Positions 23,979 through 34,143 of a stretch of DNA of 64,000 bases are shown here, in pieces. Under the pieces are notes generated by a model. That model had not been told where the DNA came from. It saw only the letters and a program-made list of their open reading frames with translations, and did no database searches. Source of the stretch: Flectonema sp. DT1601 (taxonomy: Eukaryota); NCBI GenBank assembly GCA_964019425.1, contig OZ025783.1, forward strand, positions 1,178,001-1,242,000. The letters are read 5' to 3'. The stretch's first letter is position 1; each line of letters opens with the position of its first letter. A program made the translations under genes and the position numbers.

Positions 23979-26900
23979 TTGTAATTGAGAGTGTGCGTAG
24001 ATGCGTGTTGTGTAGGGGTTGCGTAATTCACAAGGTGTGTCAAAGAAGACATCAGAAAGAGGAGAAACAGTTCGTAAATAATAATTCTAGCCCCAGCCAT
24101 TGACCTCCTTGTGTATGATGATGTGATCATGTTTGAGGCTGGTTGTACCGAGGCATTGTGATTGAGAGAGTGTGTGGATGCGTGCTGTGTGTGGGTTGCG
24201 TAATTCACAAGGTGTGTAAAGGAAAGCTTTTGAGGAGAATCAGTAAATTGAAAACATCGTCGAAGCACACGGCTCAGGTCTTGAAACACATTTAATTTAA
24301 TATCATCAGAGAAAGGTGGAGAACGGAGACTGACAAAACACCACAAGTGACACCCGAAGGTGATTGAAGTGATTGAATATGATGCAAAGAGAGAGCGTGT
24401 CAAAATGTTTAATTTAATACAAAGCTTCTCAATGAAAGAATAGTAATTCTAGCCCCAGCCATTGACCTCCTTGTGTATGATGATGTGATCATGCTTGAGG
24501 CTGGTTGTACCGAGGCATTGTAATTGAGAGTGTGCGTAGATGCGTGTTGTGTAGGGGCTGCGTAATTCACAAGGTGTGTCAAAGAAGACATCAGAAAGAG
24601 GAGAAACAGTTTGTAAAATAATAATTCTAGCCTCAGCCATTGACCTCCTTGTGTATGATGATGTGATCATGCTTGAGGCTGGTTGTACCGAGGCATTGTA
24701 ATTGAGAGTGCGTGTGGATGTGTGTTGTGTGGGGGCTGCGTAATTCACAAAGTGTGTCAAAGAAGACATCAGAAAGAGGAGAAACAGTTTGTAAATAATA
24801 ATTCTAGCCTCAGCCATTGACCTCCTTGTGTATGATGATGTGATCATGCTTGAGGCTGGTTGTACCGAGGCATTGTGATTGAGAGAGTGTGTGGATGCGT
24901 GCTGTGTGTGGGTTGCGTAATTCACAAAGTGTGTCAAAGAAGACATCAGAAAGAGGAGAAACAGTTTGTAAAATAATAATTCTAGCCTCAGCCATTGACC
25001 TCCTTGTGTATGATGATGTGATCATGCTTGAGGCTGGTTGTACCGAGGCATTGTAATTGAGAGTGCGTGTGGATGTGTGTTGTGTGGGGGCTGCGTAATT
25101 CACAAAGTGTGTCAAAGAAGACATCAGAAAGAGGAGAAACAGTTTGTAAATAATAATTCTAGCCCCAGCCATTGACCTCCTTGTGTATGATGATGTGATC
25201 ATGTTTGAGGCTGGTTGTACCGAGGCATTGTGATTGAGAGAGTGTGTGGATGCGTGCTGTGTGTGGGTTGCGTAATTCACAAAGTGTGTCAAAGAAGACA
25301 TCAGAAAGAGGAGAAACAGTTTGTAAAATAATAATTCTAGCCTCAGCCATTGACCTCCTTGTGTATGATGATGTGATCATGCTTGAGGCTGGTTGTACCG
25401 AGGCATTGTAATTGAGAGTGCGTGTGGATGTGTGTTGTGTGGGGGCTGCGTAATTCACAAAGTGTGTCAAAGAAGACATCAGAAAGAGGAGAAACAGTTT
25501 GTAAATAATAATTCTAGCCCCAGCCATTGACCTCCTTGTGTATGATGATGTGATCATGTTTGAGGCTGGTTGTACCGAGGCATTGTGATTGAGAGAGTGT
25601 GTGGATGCGTGCTGTGTGTGGGTTGCGTAATTCACAAGGTGTGTAAAGGAAAGCTTTTGAGGAGAATCAGTAAATTGAAAACATCGTCGAAGCACACGGC
25701 TCAGGTCTTGAAACACATTTAATTTAATATCATCAGAGAAAGGTGGAGAACGGAGACTGACAAAACACCACAAGTGACACCCGAAGGTGATTGAAGTGAT
25801 TGAATATGATGCAAAGAGAGAGCGTGTCAAAATGTTTAATTTAATACAAAGCTTCTCAATGAAAGAATAGTAATTCTAGCCCCAGCCATTGACCTCCTTG
25901 TGTATGATGATGTGATCATGCTTGAGGCTGGTTGTACCGAGGCATTGTAATTGAGAGTGTGCGTAGATGCGTGTTGTGTAGGGGCTGCGTAATTCACAAG
26001 GTGTGTCAAAGAAGACATCAGAAAGAGGAGAAACAGTTTGTAAAATAATAATTCTAGCCTCAGCCATTGACCTCCTTGTGTATGATGATGTGATCATGCT
26101 TGAGGCTGGTTGTACCGAGGCATTGTAATTGAGAGTGCGTGTGGATGTGTGTTGTGTGGGGGCTGCGTAATTCACAAAGTGTGTCAAAGAAGACATCAGA
26201 AAGAGGAGAAACAGTTTGTAAATAATAATTCTAGCCTCAGCCATTGACCTCCTTGTGTATGATGATGTGATCATGCTTGAGGCTGGTTGTACCGAGGCAT
26301 TGTGATTGAGAGTGTGTGTGGATGTGTTGTGTAGGGGCTGCGTAATTCACAAGGTGTGTCAAAGAAGACATCAGAAAGAGGAGAAACAGTTTGTAAAATA
26401 ATAATTCTAGCCTCAGCCATTGACCTCCTTGTGTATGATGATGTGATCATGCTTGAGGCTGGTTGTACCGAGGCATTGTAATTGAGAGTGCGTGTGGATG
26501 TGTGTTGTGTGGGGGCTGCGTAATTCACAAAGTGTGTCAAAGAAGACATCAGAAAGAGGAGAAACAGTTCGTAAAATAGTAATTCCAGCCCCAGCCATTG
26601 ACCTCCTTGTGTATGATGATGTGATCATGCTTGAGGCTGGTTGTACCGAGGCATTGTGATTAGTACTTTAGTAGCGTAATTCACAAGGTGTGTAAAGGAA
26701 AGCTTTTGAGGAGAATCAGTAAATTGAAAACATCGTCGAAGCACACGGCTCAGGTCTTGAAACACATTTAATTTAATATCATCAGGGAAGTCTCACTAAT
26801 AACTCATTGGGGATACTGTGTCGATGGAAATCAATGCGACACCCACACTTGTCTATCGAAGGTTAAAGGCTTCTCATAAGATGATTAATTATTTAATGTG

Positions 26901-27286
26901 ATTAACGACACAGCGCAGAGTTTACCAAGCCACCGTAAAATACTTTCGTAATTTGACTGACGTGGGTAACTTGATACTATAATTAAAATGTTTAGCTAAA
27001 CCACCGTTTTTAAGAAGACCAACAGTTTAGTATCGATAAAATCCCATGCGTGCTGTCGAATATGGGGGGGGGGGGGGGGGGGGGGGGGGGGTGAAAGGTA
27101 TCGACTGTGCGCTCACATGACATAAGAATAAAACTACGAATCGATATAGAAAAACAAAACAAAAAAGAAAAATGGATGTAATCTCCCTTTATTTTAATGA
27201 TGTGTGTAAGTCACTAATAAACAATAACAGGAGCCTCAATGTCTGGTGGCAACACTCTTTTTACATAACAGGTTCCATATCTCATC

Positions 27287-27481
27287 TCATCTCGCATAAT
27301 TTACGTGGTAACCTTTTTTAGAAACAGGCAATCTAATACTCACAGCTTGTGACATGGGTCCTCCAGTACTCCCTGCCGATCTAATGACGTACTGTTGATC
27401 AGACGGTAATGCTAGCGCCTCACCAGACCTCGGAATCACTGTTTTATATCCTGTGCTGCGTTTTACTCTGTAAATTCCCAT
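27287..27481 (-). CDS. Possible small hypothetical protein (64 aa)
   Basis: ATG ORF of normal complexity on the gene strand, between AT-rich flanks. No motif recognised. Confidence 0.35.
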   Translation of the reverse strand: MGIYRVKRSTGYKTVIPRSGEALALPSDQQYVIRSAGSTGGPMSQAVSIRLPVSKKGYHVNYAR

Positions 27482-27727
27482 TTATTTAAGAGAGCTAATA
27501 GTTGAAAACAACAATAATAACAAATTGATAATATCAAATCTTAATAGAGACACCAACAGTGTTGAGTAAAGGTGGTATGTTATTTTATTTATTTTGTCGA
27601 TGCCAAAGCAGTGGTAAGACCACCCAGCATTTCACTCCCCTGTGGGGGATAAATACTTTTAAAGAGAGATTACAAAACTGGCGAAAAGAATACCTCTCAC
27701 GGGATATCATTGTTAGCTAACGGTCAT

Positions 27728-28750
27728 TCAAAGTTCCTTTTCAGAATTATCATTCAGAAGCATTGAGAAGTAATACCCTCCGTCACCCTCGTGTTTTAAA
27801 CACCAAAACATGAAGCCTCTGAAAGCATTTTGAGGAATTTTTCGCAAAGCAGTTGGCTCAATGAAAACAAACTTTGAAGGGGGTGGCTCAGCCCAGAAAT
27901 TTGCAACACCGAGAACTAATTTCGAAGGAGGAATTGAAATTGTTTGTGTTGGAATAGAGACCGATGGGTCTGATGAAAAGTTTATAGTCCATCCAGAGTG
28001 ATACGATTTAGTGACTTTATGAAGGTAGTTAGCTACCTGTTGCGGATCACTAGAATCTAAAATGTTTGATAAATCTCTTCCCGTTCGACTCCACCCTTCG
28101 TATAGCTGAACAGCTATAAACGCAAAAGAGTCGACACCACAAGTAGCAATTAAATAACCGTACACATTGCTACCGTGGTACGAAAATGACTCCTGCCAAT
28201 CAGGAGAGTGTTGTAACGATCGTGAGAATTCTGAGTTTTGGGGATCAAGATAACTCTGAGGTGGTGCCATGGCTACGTAGAACTTCTTAGAAACAGCAGA
28301 CTTTGTAAAGTCTTCCATTACTTTTAGAGTATGAAGAGAGAAAGTGTTTTCAGGAGATGAAGGCGAATCATTTCCTTCAAGATCCCAGTCGATTCCATGA
28401 AAACCGATTTCCTCATTCCAAGAGGTCCATATATTAAACCACTCCTGTCCTGATAATTCGTTAACATGTGGTGCATTCCAACCTCCTATTGACATTAAGT
28501 GAACCACATTTGGGTATTGCAGTATCCGTTTCTTAACACATTCCAAGTCTAAGTCAACCTCCACACGTGGATCGGCACCTCCAATCAAATTTGCTGCAAA
28601 CCAAATAATTACATTTACTCCTCTGTCAATTGCATCATCGACTACACCCCCACACATACCCCAGTCGGGATATGCAGCCAAAACCCTGTCTGGTATTGGC
28701 GGTATCTCGGACAGAGCTACGACTATTAATTGGCACAATGATAACAACAT
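27728..28750 (-). CDS. Glycoside hydrolase family 18 (chitinase-like), secreted
   Basis: Signal peptide, LMSIGGWN, catalytic DxDxE in HGIDWDLEG, MAPPQSYLD, FIAVQLYE, SKLVLG, RGFMFW. Confidence 0.88.
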   Translation of the reverse strand: MLLSLCQLIVVALSEIPPIPDRVLAAYPDWGMCGGVVDDAIDRGVNVIIWFAANLIGGADPRVEVDLDLECVKKRILQYPNVVHLMSIGGWNAPHVNELSGQEWFNIWTSWNEEIGFHGIDWDLEGNDSPSSPENTFSLHTLKVMEDFTKSAVSKKFYVAMAPPQSYLDPQNSEFSRSLQHSPDWQESFSYHGSNVYGYLIATCGVDSFAFIAVQLYEGWSRTGRDLSNILDSSDPQQVANYLHKVTKSYHSGWTINFSSDPSVSIPTQTISIPPSKLVLGVANFWAEPPPSKFVFIEPTALRKIPQNAFRGFMFWCLKHEGDGGYYFSMLLNDNSEKEL

Positions 28751-29477
28751 TTCGAAGGAAAAATATACTGCTGGTGAATGTGAACCAGAAAAGCGAGGAG
28801 GAAAACGTAATGTAATTATTAACAGATTTATTTTGTTTTAAAGTGCGTTCAATATGTTGCTAATCGCCACATGTTAGTAGCTGAGAAGAAATTGAGATGA
28901 ACTCTGCAGAAAGAATACTATTTGCAAACACTGTCAGATTTAGTCGTTACAAATCGAAAGAAGAAACAGAGCGTGTAAAACTGTTCGAAGCTTCTTTACT
29001 CCTTTCTCACTTTTTTTTTTTTTTTCTGTTAATCTCAGAATCTCTTTTTTTACATACAGAAATTTTTTTTCGGAGAATTGTAGGCCAATCCCCAAAGAAA
29101 ATACACTGGGTGTCGGGAAGAAATAACATGTTAGTATAGTTCTTTTGCATTTCATTGCCAGCTGGAATTCTATCTGAGAAAACTGGTAGTCTTTAAATTG
29201 TTTTCCTTTTTATTTTCTTTTTGTTTTTCCCAATATTTTGTTTGTCTTTCTATAAAGCAATTGCTGTGAAGGGTGGTCAAATCCCTACGGCTAGCTTACA
29301 AAGTGTTATTGTCAACGGTCTGCTACAACGACATAACGCTGAGGAGGGGATAATTACTTGAGCATATTTATAATGATATAAATATATGTATTGTACCAAA
29401 GTTTACTAATACAAGACATATAAAACATTTGTAAAATATGATACAACTCTGAGGAGGGGAACATTTAGATAGTATTT

Positions 29478-30248
29478 CTAGTCACCACGGTTAATCTTTC
29501 TGTAGATTCCTGTTTTTTTACCCTTCTTCTTAAGGGGCTTGAGTGCTTCAAGAATTTTTGTTTTGAGGTCGTGTGGCTTAAGAGGGTCCCCAGTCATGAT
29601 GCTGGTTCCAGTTTCGTCAGCACCAGAGAAGACGCGGATATTTGGAATGCCCTCAGCCATGACACCAAGGGTATCAGCGATTTCCTTCGCATCCTTGGAA
29701 TCAATATCGACCTTGGCGGTGCGAACTGGTGGGTTTTCCGAAGCATAGGCATCCCACACTGGTGCAAATTCTTTGCAGCTGCCACACATGTTGCTATAAA
29801 ATTCCACTGCAAAGGCTTCTTTCGATTCCAACACCAAACTGGTAAAGTCACCCATGTTCTTTAACATAACAGATGAGGTCTTCTTCTTCTTCTTCTTCTT
29901 GTCAGTGGTACCAGAACGCTCTGTGACTTTTATTAAGTGATAACCAAATTGGGTTTTTACTGGTCCGTACACTTTGTCTAATTCCGTTTTTGAATCGAAA
30001 ACTACAGCGTCAAACTCTTTCACCATTGATCCTTTTCCGAAGCTTCCCAAGCTCCCCCCCTTCTTTCCACTCGGACAGGTGCTGTGTTCTTCAGCCATGT
30101 CTTCAAATGAAGCATCCCCATCAGCAATCTTATTCATTACGCCTTTCAACTCTTCTTCCGATTTCATCAGAATGTGAAGCGCTGTAGCTGTAGGCTTGGC
30201 TGCCAATGATACAGCACTGAGAATGGTCAGAATAGCAAATCGTAACAT
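29478..30248 (-). CDS. Secreted parvulin (PpiC-type PPIase)-thioredoxin fusion
   Basis: ALHILMK..FEDMAEEHSTCPSGKKGGSLGSFGKGSMVKEFD..GPVKTQFGYHLIKV, followed by VEFYSNMCGSCKEFAPVW..GIPNI. Confidence 0.88.
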   Translation of the reverse strand: MLRFAILTILSAVSLAAKPTATALHILMKSEEELKGVMNKIADGDASFEDMAEEHSTCPSGKKGGSLGSFGKGSMVKEFDAVVFDSKTELDKVYGPVKTQFGYHLIKVTERSGTTDKKKKKKKTSSVMLKNMGDFTSLVLESKEAFAVEFYSNMCGSCKEFAPVWDAYASENPPVRTAKVDIDSKDAKEIADTLGVMAEGIPNIRVFSGADETGTSIMTGDPLKPHDLKTKILEALKPLKKKGKKTGIYRKINRGD

Positions 30249-30819
30249 GTCTAATGGTTTCTGTTAGAGAATACTTTCATAATTCAGACTTCTGAAAGAC
30301 AAAATAATCTAAACAGAAGCATTCTAATTAGCGTGTCCAGAGCATGATTGGTTTAGAACTTTAGATACTGCCTGTGTGAAATGAAAACAAATTACAACAA
30401 AACACACCACAGATTTGGGCAAACTATCCTTCACTACACAAATAGTTTCAAAACGGGGCGTTCATTACAAAATCACCATCAGCGATGTGGTATGGATCCA
30501 ATTTGGATCAAATAGTTTACCCCCTTATTTATTTATGCTGCCGATGTGCACCATGTTGAGAATAAGTTAAACTCCAAAGTCTTTTCCTTTCCCTGGGTAC
30601 AACCCAATAACAAAAACACAATCACACACAGTAACAGGATACTCGCAGCTGAATTACACACCAAAAACAAACAGGTTTGTTCTTGCCTTTATTTCCCTAA
30701 TTAAGGGAAATACGGGGTTTGGGAGTCCAGGAGCAATGAGTAGTTGCGGTGAGAGGGAGTCGGTAGTTTATTACCGTGAACGTTGTTTCAAATAAAATTG
30801 GGGGTGTTGGGGAAAATTG

Positions 30820-31352
30820 TTAGGGAAAACGGGACCTTTGAGGGCCAGCACGCAAAGTTGCGACCTCTTGCTGAGTTAAGTAGAGCTGAATTTTTGTTTT
30901 TGATTCATCCCTATATTTAGACACTGGTTCATTGTTTAAAACAATGGACCTTTGCTGCAGGTTGGAAAAGACCATCGCCTGGAAAAGGCTATCGCCTGAG
31001 CGTCCCGTTCCGACGACTCCAACGCGACATACGTGAGTGCACTGTGACGTATGTAGTGGCTCGTGGTGTCGAGATGTCTTTCCAGCCATCTGTTGTATCC
31101 CGATCGGTTCAAACCCGTGAATACCATTTCGCCATTTGTTGTTGCCAACCATTGCAACACCACGCGGAATAAAGAGTCACTTTTTGCTACCAGAATCCAT
31201 TGACCTCGTCTCGTTTTGTCGGTCTTCCCCCCGACCAAGCCAATTAGGTACTTCCCGGATGTCCCGTCTCCTCAGTAGCATCAGGTCGATAGATCTCGCC
31301 GCCAGAGACCATTGTGTGGCCAACACCGCTACATATATCCCTTCCTGTCGAC
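30820..31352 (-). pseudogene. Frameshifted tyrosine recombinase remnant (DIRS/VIPER/TATE-type YR retroelement)
   Basis: Across frames: WSLAARSIDLMLLRRRDI (Arg box), YLIGLVGGKTDKTRRGQW (Lys), TTSHYIRHSALT (HxxR), EPVSKYRD (candidate Tyr). The 5' end is cut by the 1.38-kb repeat. Confidence 0.65.
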
Positions 31353-32395
31353 GTTTTTTTTTGCTTTTCAGCTCCTTAAAAGCTGCTAAGTGTTTCTGCT
31401 AAGTGTTTCTGCTAAGTGTTTCTGCTAAGTGTTTCTGCTAAGTGTTTCTGCTAAGTGTTTCTGCTAAGTGTTTCTGCTAAGTGTTTCTGCTAAGTGTTTC
31501 TCACTTAGATTTCTATTTTAATGTTTGTTTTCTATCCCCTCTTCTATCCCTTTTGTTCAAAAAAAGCGATGAGAAATTCTCTCATTCATGCTAAGATGCA
31601 CTCTGAACTTTGATTTTTTGATCTGAGTGTGAGGGAATGACCTGTTAGTGCATTGGGCATAAGCTGTGCAGCAGTTTAGATGTCTTAGGTGTTAATAGGG
31701 GGTTCCTCTTAGCATTTTTCTTTGTTACCACCTTATGATTTTCTTGAAGAAAAAAAATAGAAGTCATAATGGTGCTTCCCTCTGGAAGGGTTGTAAGCCA
31801 TGGTGTCCAACTAAATTAAAGGACAAGTCTGGGATAATCCCTGCCAGAGGGGCGAGTATTCTACCATGGTTGAAATACTCTGGCAACTGATCTTCAATTT
31901 TATGTTGTTTGTTAGCTGCTGGTGTATCTTGATCATGTGTTGATACTTGCATTTTTTTATTTGTAATCTTTCACTACAATAACTCTTGCCTATATCTTTT
32001 CTTTTTATTCTCTTTCTGTTCTGGTCTGTTACTTCATTTGTCTTGTTTAACTTCAGTTATATCCATTTTACTTTTTATTGTTTCCCATCTACTTTTTATT
32101 TTCTATTAGTTCTGGTCAGAAACTCCTGGGCAGCAAGAAGGAAAGCAGTTTAGTACTTCTGGGTGTTTGGCATCACCCCCCATAGTGAGCAAGTACAACA
32201 GGTAGCATTGGTAGTCTGTTGATCCTGAGTGATCCCAGCTACAGTTTTGTTTTTCTTTCTTTTTTTTAGAAGAAGATCAGGACATCCAAGCACTGCTGGA
32301 TAGTTGCTGAATGCAGGGCCTGCCTGTGGCATTATAATAACAGGCTAAGTCATTTGTAGTTCATAGTTTACCCTTGATTTTATAACTTCACATAG
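31353..32395 (-). repeat. Partial copy of the 1.38-kb repeat family with a 13-bp minisatellite expansion (CTAAGTGTTTCTG, ~9 copies, 31386-31500)
   Basis: Near-identical to the reverse complement of the units at 42876-45615. Confidence 0.9.
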
Positions 32396-32408
32396 GTGAG
32401 GCGATCGG

Positions 32409-33368
32409 CAGGGTGGAGGTGTTCACGATTTTTCACTTTGCTACACGAAAATTCACGATTTTTCACGATTTTTCACTTAATTTTTTGCTGCTTTCTGGTA
32501 GTGAAATCCTGTGAAAATGTGTGAAAATGTATGAAAATGTGTGACAATGTGTGAATTCTAGTGAAAAAAGTGAGTGATATCCAGATGGTACCGTTGGTGC
32601 TGGTGTGCTGTGCAATGTCACTTTGACAACTAAATGGGCATCGCTTGTGCCCAGTGACCCATCACCCTTCCTGACCATCGCTTGTGGTGAGGTTCCGGAC
32701 TTTGGACCGGCGCATCGCGTGTGCGGTGGGTTTAATCACTGAGGGGCTCATTCTCGTTCAGACTGTTCTGTTCTGTAACAACCTGACCATGATCATTCAG
32801 CAAATATGAGATGTCAATTGTGGTTGCCTCTGACATGTCACGTGCAACCTCTGCCCAAAACTGGAGAAGTTGTCGCGGAGTGCGATGCTCCGGGAGAATG
32901 AGATGAGACGTCTGAGCACACCATTCACAATACTATATTGTGCACACATGAACTCCATGATGTTGCCCATTTCCTTGTTACTGAGAGACATCAGGTAAGC
33001 GTATGCCCGCCTGCGACGATGAGAGTACTTGATGAGGCGCTTGTTGCGCTGCAAGAATGTGAGAACCCACCTGAGGAATGGAATACCTCGAAGCGGGCAT
33101 GATAACACATAGCATGCAAATGCTAAGCTTCCGAAGCGCCCATTCGTAACCTTCTCTTTAAATGGGCACGCCCTAAAAGAGATGCGGTGCTTCTTGCGAA
33201 GCCAGTAAGCAAACGACCGATTCCCACGTATGAAGAAGCACAGCGTTACTATTGAACGGAGCAAGTCACTGAGGCCAAAGTACTTCGCAATCCAGGAGGC
33301 AATGCAATGAACTCGGTGTGTAGGCTCCGGGATGAGGCAGATATTGCCATCTTGGTCAAATAACGCGC
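32409..33368 (-). mobile_element. hAT-like DNA transposon remnant (one end plus a transposase fragment)
   Basis: End begins CAGGGTGG, followed by TTCACGA/GTGAAAAT subterminal repeats in both orientations. Open frame ...THRVHCIASWI...FFIRGNRSFAYWL...KVTNGRFGSL is reminiscent of the hAT CxxH and TRW-x-S regions. Confidence 0.45.
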
Positions 33369-34137
33369 GAGCTCACGTTTCCTGTAATCTTCCACTAAGT
33401 CATATTGTCGAACTAGTGCAGAAAGAGAAGTCCTCGATTCATCGCGTTCTACTGTTAACCGTTGAATTACCCCTTCCAGAAGTTCATATTCTTTTCTATC
33501 TTTTTCAATAATTAAAACAGGGGGCGCAGGAGGAAGTGAGGATGGATCCTGGTTGGTAGCTTTGATCTCAACAGGTAATCCATTTAGTAACTGCTTGTCT
33601 TTCTCGAGGGAGGCTGACATCGCATTAAAGTAAAATAAAAACAGAACATAAAAAATTCGTTCTTTCATTTGTTCTAATTCGTTTTCTAAAATCTGGCATT
33701 TCAAGGAAAGTTTCAGCCTTAATCTTCCTTTTTTTTCTTTGTACAAGGGGGTTTGAGAACCAATGTCAGATTGACATCTTAACACCATAGCAAAATCAGC
33801 AGGGAGTGTTTGCGATCCCGTTGACGTGAGTTCAGGTGGGGGAGTCTGGAAAGAGATGGAAGAAATAGAAGAGAATGACAAGGAGAGTCCAGTGAGCTCA
33901 TCCTCATCTAACAAAAAAGAAGGGGCCGGGGAGGAAGAACCATTGGCAATTAGTAGAATAGAAAGAGCCGATGCGTAACAAGTTTGCCAGATAAAACATT
34001 TCTCAAGCCACGATCTTTCAATGGTGAGCTTTTCGATCGTTTTCAGTTTTGTTACTTTGTGGATTTTGACTTCTTCTACAGGGAAGATTTCTTTACCATC
34101 TTTTATAAAACTTGCAGTGGCAGGTTCTTCTTTAATG
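33369..34137 (-). mobile_element. Internal fragment of the HERO-like retrotransposon (second copy of ~61559-62329)
   Basis: Direct high-identity nucleotide match to the tail-encoding region of ORF 60658..63981. Confidence 0.92.
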
Positions 34138-34143
34138 GTCTGA

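Larger units (their letters stand above)
23692..26786 (-). repeat. Tandem array: ~177-bp units interspersed with a second unit (snoRNA cluster)
   Basis: 14 copies of the AATTCTAGCC...CCGAGGCA unit and 4 copies of the TCAGTAAATTG...TCATCAG unit, with higher-order duplication. Confidence 0.95.

Noticed and set aside
23870..26628. Repeated ORFs (MSSLTH..., MTRSLF...) as a protein family
   Set aside because: They are frame-shifting translations of the tandem ncRNA array. 1-nt indels between units break the frames.
23692..26786. CRISPR array
   Set aside because: The units are near-identical over their full length, with no unique spacers and no cas genes. The context is eukaryotic.
33249..33914. 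221-aa ORF as a host gene
   Set aside because: It is a chimera of the HERO-like tail fragment read into the hAT-like remnant at ~33369.
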